64,000 bases of DNA from Octopus vulgaris (lineage: Eukaryota). The position numbers and the translations under genes were made by a program. How positions within the stretch are numbered: the first letter of the stretch is position 1; each line of letters starts with the position of its first letter. The stretch lies in the NCBI GenBank assembly GCA_951406725.2, contig OX597821.1, positions 21,514,001 through 21,578,000 of the forward strand. Reading direction: 5' to 3'. Of the stretch, positions 29,461-44,883 are shown piece by piece. A model generated the notes under the pieces. That model saw only the letters and a program-made list of their open reading frames with translations, did not search any database and was not told where the DNA came from.

Positions 29461-29532
<72 letters not shown>

Positions 29533-30110
29533 ATATATATATATATAGGTATTATGTAAATGAATATATGTTTATACATATGTGTATAATCATATAAGAC
29601 ACGCGTACAGAGCTAAATGCATAATCACATATGCATACGTATACATACATATATATATGGACGTGTATGTGTATTGTGTGTGCTTCTACGTATCAGTGAG
29701 TAACTTTAGGAATTCATGTACGAAAACGAATAACGACACGCTTAATGACATGACTGTTCACCCGCAGCAAATACACATACACACATACGCATACTCTCCA
29801 CATGTCCACAAGCAATATATATACATATATATATATATATATTTATATAGTATATACGCAGAGATGGAGAGAGAGAGAGAGAGAGAGAGAGATAGACAGT
29901 GAGAGACAGATGCTGGGACAGAGACAGAGGAAAGGGAAACCTGTATCCATGCATCTTTCTTCTTCATCTCCATTCAATGTTGATTCCTTACCGAAAGTCA
30001 CGTTGTGAAAGACTTACTTGTTAAATACGGTGAGATATGGAAAAATGACAAAATAAAGCATTTATAACAATGCAAAGCATGAAAATGCAAAACAATTTCA
30101 AGAAATATAT

Positions 30111-30177
<67 letters not shown>

Positions 30178-30263
30178 CATATATATATATACATATATAT
30201 ATATATACACATATATACATATATACATATATATATATAAATATATATATAGAGATAGATATA

Positions 30264-30306
<43 letters not shown>

Positions 30307-30371
30307 AGATAGATAGATATATACATACATACATACGTATGTATATGTATATATATACATACACACATATA

Positions 30372-30433
<62 letters not shown>

Positions 30434-30890
30434 TGTTTGTATGTATATACTGGTGTCTGTGTGTATGTGACATTGGTAGAATTGGTGATAGCGATGGTGG
30501 TTATTGAAATGGTGTCGCTGCTGCTGCTGCTGCTGCTAGTTCTGCGGATGTTCATTCATTGTTCACAGATCACGTGCTATTGTTATCGTAATTTTTGTTT
30601 TTTTTATCGTCATTCGTGATGATATTATTTTTGCTGGAAATGTTGTTCTTGTTTCTGCTAGAATTCAATGGAATACGTTATGTTTTTTTTTCCTTTCATG
30701 CTGTTGTTATTTATATATATATTGATGGCGGATTGCGTATGCTTTTGTGCTTGTACACACTTATATACGTATACACGTCATTGCGCTTGGGTATACTTAA
30801 ATACATACATACATATTCACGCGTACTTATATATTTATAAATATGCATATACATGTATATAATATATGTGTATACACGTCAATGCATATG

Positions 30891-30993
<103 letters not shown>

Positions 30994-31756
30994 ATGTATG
31001 TATGTATATATGAACGTATGTATGTATTAATACATGTATTCTTACACATGCCCACAACGTCGAAAAGACATGTGCGTGGGAAAATGTTTGTACGTCGATA
31101 CAGACAATATTTTAGTCAAATCCTAAATTTCTATAAAATATCTAAGTAAGTACATTGTATTATACACTGTGGAGCATATACTTCTATGCTCGAGTGTTTG
31201 TGTGTGTGAGTAAAAACTAATATTAAAAGTAATACACCCACACACTTACTGGTGGGCCCGCATGTGGGAACGAATGTGTATACTGTGCAGTTGTTGAGAG
31301 CGTATATGTATGTTCTTATGTATGCATATGTATTGCACAAACCCAGTTATTCAAGCTGGCATGGCGCAACACAAAAATGAAATCATTGCAATCAACTATT
31401 TGATACACTTAACTTCTTTGCAGCTGTATTATGTGTGTGTGTGTGTGGATGTGTGTGTGTGTGTGTGTATGTGTTATTGCGCGTGCGTTGGTCTATGTCT
31501 GTGTATATGAGTTTTTGTGCATATATTTATGCATAGATTTGTATTCGCATGTGCACCGCGTGTATTGACGCATTGTGACGAACAGTCATATATGTCTTGT
31601 GTTGTGGATGATACATGAGTATAGAGAATTATATATATCTTGAGAAGCATATATATCTCTGGAGATATATGTATGTTTTAAAATGTGTGTGTATGTGTGT
31701 GTGTGTTTTGTACAGTCTGTAAAATTACGTTTACATGTACGTGAATACAAACATCC

Positions 31757-31815
<59 letters not shown>

Positions 31816-32186
31816 TAGATGGATAGATAGATATGTGCTTGCAATATGTGTGTATATATTTATATATATATATATATGTATGTATGTATGTATGTATGCA
31901 TGCATGCATGTATGTATGTATGTATGTATGTATGTATGTATGTATGTATGTATGTTGGTATATTTTTCTGCATAAATAAGTGTAATATATGACTTTGGAA
32001 GCTTTATACCATAAACCTCTCGTCATTTTAATATACTATTTTGAGACTCCATGATGAAAAAAAAAACTATAATAATTTTTAGTCAAATCTCGGCATTTTT
32101 TAAATGTATCTATATGCAAGCGTATCACATGGTACTATGGTATCATATACTGCGGTATACATACAAATGTATATACACATATATAC

Positions 32187-32221
<35 letters not shown>

Positions 32222-32771
32222 CGAATATATGTATATATATATATATATATACGCATGCCTGTATACTATATATATATATATATTTATATAACATATATAC
32301 GTGTGTGTGTGTATGAATGTAGTATGGAAAACATGTATTCACTCATACGCTGACAAACACACGTAAATATACACTCTCACGCAGATATGCGAATATTTGT
32401 ATATGTAGTGAATATAAACGCTTATCTTCGTGTGTAATATAGTGAATAGGTGCTCCTAGGAGTATGTGTAAGCCAATGTGCATCTACATGAATATGTGAA
32501 TTAATGTCAAAAGCTGCATGCAAATTTGAAAATGACATGTTAGTACTGTGCGTAACTGATTATATATCGGTGTACATGCATACATTCGTACGTACGATCA
32601 TACACATACAAACACACACAGACACAGGCACAGACACACATGCACACACATATATTATAATTTAATAATATTAAATTTTTTTAGGAACAGCTTAAGTGTA
32701 TTGATAAGATATGTTTAATATATATTCATATAAGTGTATGTGTAGGCGCGTGGGTGAATATATATATATAC

Positions 32772-32823
<52 letters not shown>

Positions 32824-32858
32824 CATATATATATATACATACATATATACATATATAC

Positions 32859-32931
<73 letters not shown>

Positions 32932-33212
32932 TACATATATATATACCGATATGCGTGTGGAGGCTAGATGCAGAGTCAGAAAGAGAGTGGAAGATACAGA
33001 TACAGCGAATTTAAACAAGATACGCACGTACGTATATACATACATACAGATAGACAGGTAGACAGACGGACACAGATACACATATTGAGTTGTGATCATA
33101 ATGCGCATGTGCAACGTGATAAAGTTTTCTATTTGTCTGCGCACTTATCTATTTATTTATACAGAATACTGATATGGACTTACCATATTTATAGAATGAC
33201 ATGAACATAAGC

Positions 33213-33345
<133 letters not shown>

Positions 33346-33858
33346 TATATACATACATTAATATATATGCATATATACATTCATATATATACACATATAT
33401 CTAACATATATGCACATACCCATATACATATATATATATACATATACGTATATATATATATATATATATATACATATATATATGTACATATAGAGAGAAA
33501 GGTGTATATACATGTATACAGATATATGTATATACATAAACACACACGTACACATACATATACAGAGACACACACATATATATATTATACATCTGTCTCA
33601 ATATGTGCAGTTTACTACATACATTTTAAGACATGTCGTGTATAGATGCGTACATCTGTGTGTATACAAGCAGCGTCAGGTGAATTCGTAGCTTACGGGA
33701 ATCTACTCATGTTAGAGCTGTTGTTAGTCGAAATGAATCAGACAAAATTCTGATAGTATTCTATTACATGTGTTTGGGATTTTCTTATGTAGGTTTTCAA
33801 CGCCATGCAGCCTTTTGGTTCATTGCTTTCTCTCCTTATAACTTTTGTGTAAAGCCGG

Positions 33859-34846
33859 ATTAGTTAGTTAGTTAGTTAGTTAATTTGGCTCAAAAGCAAA
33901 TAGCAAGGCCATGTAGGGGGACATGGAGTTAAGTACAGGGTGGTGTTCATGTAAAGAGTTCAGGCCACTTGAGGTCAAGGGAGGCTTTCAACAAAGCGGT
34001 CGTCGCCATCTTCACCATCTCGTCTGGCAGCTTGTTCCACGGATCCGCAACCCGGACGGAGAAAGCTCCTCTCCTTCGATTGAGATGAAATCGTCGCAGG
34101 TAGAGCTTTTCGGAATGACCCCGCAGCCGACGCTCTGGAGCAGGAGTGAAGAACAGCTCTTTCGAGAGGTTACACTTTCCGCTTATGATGTTGTGGGCGA
34201 GAATGAGATCACCACGGCGGCGGCGTTTTTCAAGAGAATAAAGGTCGAGCATCCTCAGCCTTTCTTCGTAGGACAAATTTTTGAGACCATGAACCATGCG
34301 GGTAGCCAGCTTCTGGACTCTTTCGAGATGCTGTATGTCTTTGAGGAGATAAGGAGAAGAGGCTTGAATCCCATACTCCAATATGGGTCTCACCAGCGTG
34401 ACATAGAGTGGTAGGAATATGGCTGCTGTGAGCATTCCGAATGACCGTCGAATCAAGAACAGAATTCCGCGTGCTTTGTTGGCAGCATGGACGCACTGGG
34501 CCGAAGGCGAAAAGGAGGAATCCACCAAGATACCTAGGTCCTTTACTTGATCGGTCCTCTCCAGCAGCAGACGACCCGGCTCGAAATCAAGTTGAGTTGC
34601 AGGAGTAGAGCCGACAGGCAGATGACAGCACTTTGACACGTTCAGACACAGGTCCCAATCGTTAGACCACTTCCAAATTTGGTGGAGGCATCGACGAAGA
34701 TCCTCTATATTGCCGCGAGGAGCGACCAGTTTGATATCGTCGGCAAATAGAAGGGTTTGTTGCGTGAGGTCGTCGGGCAAGTCATTTATGAAGACTAAGA
34801 ACAACAAGGACCCAAGCACTGAACCTTGAGGCACGCCACTGTTGAG
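33859..34846 (-). mobile_element. 5'-truncated CR1-clade LINE with (TAAC)n tail
   Basis: ORF 33947-34924: GVPQGSVLG, LFADDIKL, YEERL, RRRRGDLI, RGHSEKL; 3' tandem TAAC repeats. Confidence 0.9.
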
Positions 34847-36555
34847 GCACTTCGACTGTTGACACATCCCCAGTGGATACAGCTCTTTACAACATTCTGA
34901 TATTGTATACCAAGGTACAAACACTCTGGCTGATTTGAATGAACAGCATAGAATGATTATGGTTTCATATTTAAAAATACTAAGATCACCATCTACCGAA
35001 CAGTCATGATTTTTTCTCTACTCTGTTTTTCTCCAAGCGTAGAAGGCATTACTTTAGAATATATTTGCATAAGTGCAAAGGAAACTTCGTGAGAAGTGGT
35101 GAGGGATTCAGTAACAATAGAATTTATCAGAGTGAACGTATGAGGCAAAGCATTTCCTTTAGAAAATTAAGCTTTTTTCCATTTTCTTCTGCGACACCTA
35201 GTTTACAGATACGGGAGGTCGTTCATGAATCGGAAATCGTGATATACACTGGAATGCACTTGCTCATCTGGATCACTTCTTCATTTGAATCTTGTTTCTT
35301 GAAGTACATACGCAGCATCAGCAGATCCCATGCTACACACATATATAATTGACTACGTGACAGAATTAAACTTCGATGTACATCAAAGGTTTTTGACAAG
35401 ATTGGTGGTAAGTCACGATTTGTTATTTGTCAGATACAATATCCTTATCTTCTCTTAATTTTATGTAGACTACAAATAGCATATCCTAGAGTTTTGTCCG
35501 TCTGCGTAGTGGATAACACTCTTCCCACTTTAGTTTATTAATTTTCTGTGTTACCTTTTGCCGTATTTTTTTTTATAAAAATAGGTGTCGTTGTTAGGAT
35601 TCACATTGCCCGTGAATTATTACTGTTTTTGTTCTTTTCTTTTTCTTTTTCTATGGTATTAAAAGGCCGCAGTCACTAATTGAATATATTTGACTGGAGT
35701 AGAATTTCCTTTTCAATCAGATAAGAATATGCTGCACATGTCACGTTTGGTAATGCTAAAGATGCCATGATTATTTATGAGATGCATTAATTCTATAAGT
35801 TTTTACTGAGGAACTCTTACAACAACTCATGGCAGTTCTTAGGAAAGGGCCTTAGTAAAACATACTCACGTTTTAAAAAGTAGAATTGCCGTTGAAAGTG
35901 ATGAATAAATCTAGTCTTCCGTCAATTCTTGCATCTTTAATTCGTACATGCATGCATCTTGGACTTCTGTGAAGCTAACCGGAAGATACAGGTACAGAAG
36001 AAAATTGCATGATGTGCGTGTCTAATAAAACTTTTGAAAAATGCTTTTAATGAAATGTACGTTTTTGTACGCTTCTAGTTGTTGGAGGTTGATTCATTGA
36101 CTCGTTTCTTCTGCTATTCCTAATTCAGTGACATATTTCAAGTCCATAGTAGGAGTGACTAGAAATATTCACTGTGTGTTGTAGTGATATTCCTGGAGTC
36201 ACAGATACTACTTCTGGTAGCCTTCATGTTATTGTAACAAAGAAATTCTCCCTGATTAAAGATATTTCTAAAAAAGAAGGTTGTAATAATGATAGAGAAT
36301 CTGTATTTGGTGATTCACTGCAATGTTAAACAGACCTTTGCCAATTCAGTGTTGGTATGAACCACGTTCTTTAATAAATTTAAATCTGAATGGTGCCTAA
36401 AAAGTTAAACGTATTTTCTACTTGTTGTGCGGATCTGAAGTCTCAGGTAATAGAGAGAAACTGAGTTTATTGGAACAGCGTGTTCGTGCTGTTTCACTTT
36501 GCTTCTCTATGTTCCCATATACTTGCAATTTAGCCATTGCCTATTGCACAAATAG

Positions 36556-36608
36556 TGGAGGCGCAATGGCTCAGTGGTTAGGGCAGCGGACTCGCGGTCA
36601 TAGGATCT
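36556..36608 (+). mobile_element. SINE family B head fragment
   Basis: GGAGGCGCAATGGCTCAGTGGTTAGGGCAGCGGACTCGCG (A-box like), as at 60086. Confidence 0.65.
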
Positions 36609-36691
36609 AAACTCTAATTTACGGGGACACAAGCACACGAACACCTGTTGTTAAATGATGGTGGGGTACAAACACAGACATACACAAAGAT

Positions 36692-36899
36692 ATACTCTTT
36701 TACTCTTTTACTTGTTTCAGTCATTTGACTGCGGCCATGCTGAAGCACCGCCTTTAGTCGAGCAACTCAACCCCGGGACTTATTCATTGTAAGCCCAGCA
36801 CTTATTCTATCGGTCTCTTTTGCCGAACCGCTAAGTGACGGGGACATAAACATACCAGCATCGGTTGTCAAGCAATGCTAGGGGGACAAACACAAGCAT

Positions 36900-36980
<81 letters not shown>

Positions 36981-37147
36981 TACGACAGGCTTCTTTCAGT
37001 TTCCATGTACCAAATCCACTCACAAGGCTTTGGTCGGCCCGAGGCTATAGTAGAAGACACTTGCCCAAGGTGCCACGCAGTGGGACTGAACCCGGAACCA
37101 TGTGGTTGGTAAGCAAGCTACTTACCACACAGCCACTCCTGTGCCTA
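36692..37147 (-). mobile_element. SINE family A, full length
   Basis: reverse complement matches 15-391. Confidence 0.85.
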
Positions 37148-37453
37148 TATGTATATACATATATATATTTGCTTCTATGATGTTCCACACGTACAATATA
37201 TGAATAGGTTGCTCTTTTAGTTTAGTGCAGTCTGCTGCTTGCATGAGTCGAAGGATCAAAATTGAATAGTAACTGATTTTCATTGATTGTCCACTTGCAG
37301 TCTCTCTCTATGCATAAATTGATGGATATGAGAAAAGATTTTACGAATATTACATGTTTGTGTGTGCTCAATATCTAATATGAGATCCACGTCTAATAAT
37401 CGTCAAGATAACGTGAATTGTCTGTCTTCTGGAAGTTGGAATGAATGATTTAG

Positions 37454-37611
37454 CAGGAATGGGTGTGTGAGTGAGGAGCTTGCTTCCCTACCATGTTGTC
37501 TAGGGGTTCAGTCTCATTGTCCGGCAGCTTAGATATTTTGTACTAAAGCCCGGGACAACTAAAACCTTGTGAGTGGAGTTGATAGGCTGAAGCTGAAGGA
37601 AACCCGTCGAG
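37454..37611 (+). mobile_element. diverged SINE family A head half
   Basis: GGGTTCAGTCTC...CCTTGTGAGTGGA...AACCCGTCG. Confidence 0.65.
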
Positions 37612-37947
37612 CATATACTTACATACATACATGCATACATACATATATATTATATCCATCAATGCAGTGTTAAACACTTGTTTTCATTGTTCATCATTTA
37701 CGTGTGTCTATATAGTGTATATATATATATATATGTATGTATATACATATTTTAATCCGTGGGGAGGCAATGCGAGCAACTAAAGGAACGTTACAAAATC
37801 CACAGAAAGATCAAACACATACATATATTCATATATTCATTTATATCACAGATCAGATATAAAGCCCGACGTTTAGAAATTTAAAAATTTAGTAATTTAT
37901 AAATATATCATATAAAGATATATAAATATACAAGAGAATCAAAGAAG

Positions 37948-39360
37948 GTATGCCACTGTGGATGTGCGATTCATATCGGAGGAGGAAGCAATAAGACATG
38001 CGACGGAGGCAATTCGTTCGGAAGATTGGATTATTTTGCCATCGTATTGCGGAAACCGTGTGACGAGAGTTCGGTGGGCTAAGTGCTCTCTGAGCTGGGA
38101 GAGGCCTGGCTAATGACAGCCATTATGTATAACATGAAGGACGGGGCCAGAATACTGAAGGCTACCAGAACAAATAAGCTGGCCTACTGGGGCTATGGAT
38201 TGGAATTAACAATCCAGACAACAGTAGAAGACCTCAATAGAATAACCGAGGAGATAGTGTTGCCTGACGGTTTCTCACTAAGGATAGATGTGGAGGGCAG
38301 ACCGCCTGTGTGTTTTGAATGTGGCGAAAAGGGACACATGAAGGCGAGATGCCCACAGAAACAACAGAGAGAAATTCAAGAAAATGTCGAACAGGCAGTG
38401 CTCGTCGAGAGTAGTGAAAAAATAGCGGAAGGTTTCACGAGAGTGGAAAGAAAAAGAAGGAGGAGCGGTAGGGTAAGCCCGCCACTGAATAACCAGAAAA
38501 ATAAGAAAGAAGAGGTGGAAAGGGAAGATGTAACGAGAAAGAAAGATGACAAAAGTAAGGCGGAGAAGGGAAGTGAAAAAATAATTAAGAAGGTGTGTGA
38601 CAATGAGCCAGAGAAGGAGGAAGCAAGGATGAGGACAACATGTGATATGGCAGAGGTTTCAGAAACTCGGCTACAAGAGGGTGAGATGGAGAAACTGTTT
38701 ACAGTCGAGATAGAGAAGAAGAAAGTTCCAGCATCAGAGAAGAGTATAGAGGAAGCTATATCGGGAGAGGAAGAAAGGAGAAAGCCTAGTGGAGGGAAGA
38801 AACAGTGGATTTTTTTTACTTACGCAAAAAACAAGGAAGTGGAGAAGGAAATCGTGAAGATCAATAACATCATAAGGGTAAAAATGCCCAGAGACACGTA
38901 CTCTGAGTGAGTGAAGGGCTTGGTGGCCGATAAGGTAGCCTACAAAAAACTTAAAGACACGTGCGGGGATAGAATTGACCCGGGCGGAGCGATAGTGGAG
39001 CTCAATGAACTGCCACCAGTAACTGATCTGATAGAACTTAAGCAATATATGAAGCGTTAAAAATGAAAAAAAAAAGGAAAAAAAGGAAAAAAAGAGAGAG
39101 AAAGGAAAAAGTATTTATGGAAGAAAAAAGATAATGAAAAAAAAAGGAAAAAATCAGATAAAATAAGACTGTAATAACAGTGTGTAAAAACGTTCCAATT
39201 GTACTGCATGAGAAGTGGGGCCCATGCATCCATTTCATTTTTCATTACTGTATAATATTCATTCTCATTCGTTTTATGTTTACTGTCCCCACTGTAGTGT
39301 TGTGTCTGTCCTTGTAGTGTCCCCTCTGTGTTAAGTAGCCTGAGTGCCAAATAAAGAAAT
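37948..39360 (+). mobile_element. ORF1-only (HAL1-like) non-autonomous Tx1/L1 derivative, 5'-truncated
   Basis: ORF1 homology to 48665-50829 (ILPSYCGNRVTRV; VEGRPPVCFECGEKGHMKARC); no ORF2; 3' tail shared with the Tx1 element. Confidence 0.75.
38083..39060 (+). pseudogene. Gag-like ORF1 with CCHC zinc knuckle; in-frame TGA at 38908-38910
   Basis: CFECGEKGHMKARC; the frame continues 49 codons past the TGA to TAA at 39060. Confidence 0.75.
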
Positions 39361-39371
39361 TGTTACAATCA

Positions 39372-39750
39372 TCTGAAATAGAACTGTCAAAGCGCGATAA
39401 TCGAGCAATTTTACAATTCAAGTTCAAAATAGTACATGGATCTGCTGAAACTGCTCGCGATATCATCAAAATGACTAGTAAGTAGTTAGCACGAAAATGA
39501 TTCAAACGATTTCGCATTGTAGAGCTCTGCCATGAAAATAGTGAGCGTAGTAGACGCGCTCTGTCATCGATGAAATTCAATTAAAGACCATCATTGACAA
39601 AGATCCACGTAAAACCACCCAAGAACTGGCAAAAGAAGTTCAAGTTAGCCAGAAACGGCCAGCAACTATCTGCATGCGATCGGAAAATCCCAAAAGCTCG
39701 ACGAATGAGTACCACACAACTTGAATGAAAATCAGAAAATGTTGAGATAA
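39372..39750 (+). pseudogene. degraded mariner transposase, N-terminal part
   Basis: manual translation: [55 protein letters not shown] (WVPHEL motif). Confidence 0.75.
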
Positions 39751-39751
39751 G

Positions 39752-39815
39752 AACCGAAACCGCGACCTACGACCGCGAATCTGTTGCCCTAACCACTCGA
39801 CCATTGCGCCTCCAT
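39752..39815 (-). mobile_element. SINE family B head fragment
   Basis: reverse complement TGGAGGCGCAATGGTCGAGTGGTTAGGGCAAC...GGTTTCGGTTC. Confidence 0.65.
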
Positions 39816-39822
39816 ACATACA

Positions 39823-39854
<32 letters not shown>

Positions 39855-39859
39855 CATAT

Positions 39860-39932
<73 letters not shown>

Positions 39933-39933
<1 letters not shown>

Positions 39934-41224
39934 GAGGGACGTTCAATAAGTAATGCCTCTGACCCACTTCCAGGTGTTTGATCTAGTTCAAATTTTGCAT
40001 GTGCAATTACCTATATCTCTATAGATTAGGTGGCAAATTACAGCTCTGAACTAATTATGGTTTCTGATTTACAGGTGTTTGAACTGAGTCAAGTGTGAAA
40101 TGGAGCCGGTTGAGTGTCGAGCAGTGATCCGCCGGTTTTTGTATTTGAAAGGACGCACACCATGGGAGACTTTTGATGAAATGAAAGTAACTTATGGTGA
40201 TGATGCCCCATCATATGACCTTGTAAAACGCTGGCATCGTGAATTCAAACATGGTCGGAACTCTGTGGAAACAGCTCCCAGATCTGGTCGACCCCCTTCT
40301 GCCATTGATGAGGCATATGTCCGTCAAGTTGAGGCTGCCATTTTGGAAGATCGACGCATAACTATTCGCCAAATAGCCCATGAGGTCAAGCTTAGTACCG
40401 GGTCTGTGGAAACTATCATTCATGACCATTTGCATATGCAAAAGGTGTCTGCCAGATGGATGCCCAGGTTGCTCACACCTTTCCAGAAGCAAGAACGCGT
40501 CGAGTGCTCGAGGATGAATTTGGAGACGTACCAAGAAAATGAGTCAAACTTTTTCAAAAGACTGATTAAACAGGATGAAACCTGGGTCCGTCAAATTGAT
40601 CCAGAGACCAAAGCCCAGTCAATGCAGTGGAAGCACCGTGACTCACCTCCTCCAAAGAAGGCAAGGGTGCAGCCCTCTGCTGGCAAGGTCATGCTCACAG
40701 TCTTCTGGGACCAGGACGGAGTAGTGATGACAGATTTCCTGGCAAAGGGTACCACAATTACAGGAGCCTATTATGCTTCACTTTTGAGGAAATTAAGAGA
40801 AGTTATCAAAATCAAGAGGCGGGGCAAGATCAGCGAAGGCATCCTCCTCCTGCAGGACAACGCTTCGGTCCACAACTCGCGTCCTCAGATCAGAAGCACA
40901 GGCGTGCGGCTATGAACTCCTCCCCCACCCCCTACTCTCCTGACCTTGCACCCTCTGATTTTCACCTCTTCCCAGCCATAAAGTTGTTTTTGAAAGGAAA
41001 GCATTTCCCAGATGATGCAGCCTTGATTTCTAAAGTCACGTCGTGGATGGAGGACCAAGCTGGGGTCTTTTACAAAAACGGTCTCCAGAGCTGGATCAAA
41101 CGATGGGAGAAGTGCGTAACTCTGGGTGGTTCCTATGTAGAAAAAGATCAATAACTGTGCCAAGTTCCGTTGCTCTACTGGTATGGGAAGTGGGTCAGGG
41201 GCATTACTTATTGAACGCCCCTCG
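39933..41224 (+). mobile_element. full-length mariner DNA transposon in (TA)n
   Basis: TIRs CGAGGGACGTTCAATAAGTAATGCCTCTGACCCACTTCC / GGAAGTGGGTCAGGGGCATTACTTATTGAACGCCCCTCG; TA on both flanks. Confidence 0.95.
40100..41154 (+). pseudogene. mariner DD34D-type transposase, frameshifted near 40880-40915
   Basis: WMPRLL, QDETW, QDNA, PYSPDLAPSDF motifs split over two ORFs. Confidence 0.9.
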
Positions 41225-41510
41225 TATATATATATATATACTGTAAATAATAATAATGGTATTTTTATATAAGCTTAAAGCTTATGGCAATCACCACGCA
41301 ATGACTAAAGAAAATTGTCTAATAAAGGAGGAAGTAAGCCCTCGAGAGAAAAAAGAAAGCTTTCCCATCCGCACCGAAAGTATATATATATATTTTAGAT
41401 ATATATGCACGTATGCCTATGCAATATGTGCATACCTGCATCTATATGTGTTGAAAACTGCTTCCTTCCAGAATTGCGAATCCTAAATCCTGTTGATATT
41501 CTCACAAATG

Positions 41511-41580
<70 letters not shown>

Positions 41581-41607
41581 CATCATTATTATTATTATTA
41601 TTATTAT

Positions 41608-41651
<44 letters not shown>

Positions 41652-41700
41652 ATATTATCGTTATTATTATTAGTCATCATCATTATTATTATTGTTACTG

Positions 41701-41749
<49 letters not shown>

Positions 41750-41981
41750 ATGTAGACATTATACCCTCAACAACAGGTGCACTTTTTCAGAGCGTATACT
41801 GCAAATAAATCGTTTTAACACTGAATAAATATTACTAAAACGCGTTTTTCAACAAACGATCCCCAAAATGATGACAAAAAAAAAAAGAAAGGAAACCTAC
41901 TTTTCTGTCCCTGCAAGATAACTAATGGCGTTCTATAATCATATACAAATATACGTTTATAGATAGGTGCAATATGTGTGC

Positions 41982-42107
<126 letters not shown>

Positions 42108-42181
42108 TACATATATATATACATATATATATATACGTACACATATTCATATATGTATACAAAAATAAATGTATATATATG

Positions 42182-42226
<45 letters not shown>

Positions 42227-43618
42227 GCATACACCGTTGTATATGCATATATGTGCATATGTCTGTGAGCCTATGCGCGCGCTCGTAGGTGTGTGTATCA
42301 TTGCATGTATATATGTTTATTTATTTTGAATGCGGAAGTTCTTTTGTACAGCTTGATTTACATTTGTATCTATTGAGAATATAAGGTAACGGAGAGAATA
42401 GATATTTGAATATAACTAAATAAAAATAGATAGATAGATAGGCAGACAGACAGACGGGCAGACAAAGACAGATAAGCAAACAAAGAAGGAAGCAAACAGA
42501 CATTTTGAAAATGGATGACTAGATATCTACATATGTATGTGTGTGTTTGAATGTGTTTATACACACATGTATGTATGTGTGTATGTATATTGGTATGTAT
42601 GTACGTATGTATGTATGCGTGTGTGTTTGTGTGTATGTATGTATATATGTAGTTATGTATGTATATCTGGCTGAATATATGTTAGCTTGTATGTATCTAT
42701 GCATGTATGCATGTATCTAAAAATGTTTTGTATTAAAGAAATAATGTTGACTGATATAATGAAGTCAATACATAAAGTTGAAAGACAGATTTGTTCTTTG
42801 AAGTATGCTGTAACTTCGAAACTTCTCCACTTATGGATTTTCCTTTAAGTTTATGTGTGTGCGTATACGTGTGTATGTATGTGTCCCTGTGTGTGCATGT
42901 ACGTGCGCATACATGTATTCTGTTTGAAAATCGAGTAACAATAGACGATACATGCTGTAGATTATACTTTTTTATTCATAGGCAGCTGTCGCTTCGTTCT
43001 ACCTCTCCCCAGACTTTCAAGCTCTTCGGTCCTGTGTAAGCAAAACGCTTCATGGAGATGCACAGATGGCAACGTACAGGATCGATATAACCAATTAGAT
43101 TGCTTATCTCGTGTCATGCGGATGTAATAGTTCCATGTGTGTCACATGGAGTGAACTCGATTCTAATTTACGATACGCGTTTCTTTTGAATATTCAAAGG
43201 AGGTCAATCTCATTACATAACTAAAATTATTGTGTACCTTCTCATGTATTTACATTGTTTATTGCTAAAAAAAAAAACAACTACAAGGTTGTAATTCGAA
43301 AACCTCAATACACATAAATGAAAAAATAGTGAACCTCTTGTCCACAGAATCTGATTTAAACGGATGTAAACTTACTTCAAGGGAAAACCATGTTAAGAAG
43401 CGAAAGCTTTTTACAAGGACGCTAACCGAACACCCACAATTATAACACACCTTGTCGATGGTGTATCGAATGTCATCGAATAAGGAAATATTTAATAAAG
43501 TCCCCCCACTCTCCCCAACCATAACATTCTATGCACGAAGTGAATTTAATTTTTGTACTTCATCTTGTTTACACATTTGGTGACGTCCTGTACCCATATA
43601 TGCATATCTATATCTATA

Positions 43619-43706
<88 letters not shown>

Positions 43707-43809
43707 ACTGGATAGAAGGACGATAAATATAAATTTGAAGAGGCTGTATGGGGCGCTACACACTATATAAAAAGAGAGAATAGTGGCAGTGGACTAATTA
43801 GTATGGACC

Positions 43810-44260
43810 ATTGTATAAGCCGCACATATTCCAGTGAGTATCTGCCAGATTACGTTTAGTTATGCTATGGGACGATAGTTTCCCACAATATTCCCCTTTC
43901 TTCTATCTTTCGTTACAAGTGTTGTCCTCCCAATTACCATGCACGCGGTGACTCTACCTTTCCGGACACACTCATTCCAATGGGCTGCTAGTCTTTCATG
44001 CACTGCATTGCATCCCTTCAGCCAGAAGGCATGAATCCCATTTGGTCAGGGGGCTATCTAGTTAGGCACTTTAACCACTTGTTCTTTCACATCACCCGTG
44101 CTTATGACAATATTCCTTTGTTTCTTACCTCCTAATACTGTCGTGATGGTTCCTATCCAATTTGCATCCCTTTTATGCACCACATTGTCTCCCCATGATG
44201 CGCTCCAGAACTCCTTCGACTGATTTGCAGTAGGAGCAACACTTTCCTTATTGTCTCCTT
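43810..44260 (-). mobile_element. ancient R4/Dong-like RT N-terminal fragment
   Basis: manual translation of the minus strand: FWSASWGDNVVHKRDANWI and PNGIHAFWLKGCNAVHERLA. Confidence 0.55.
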
Positions 44261-44443
44261 CTAACGGTTGGAAGAAATGCTTCGGGTTAAGGTTTGGCTG
44301 CTATATCTAGCATGGTGGTATCTCTTAGATACCCTTAATTATAATTTTAATAATAATTATTACCTATGAGATTTTTATTCCCATGCTAGCCGCTTGATAT
44401 GATCAGTATTTTAAATATCGATCTTATCCTTATTTCTATAAAT

Positions 44444-44883
<440 letters not shown>

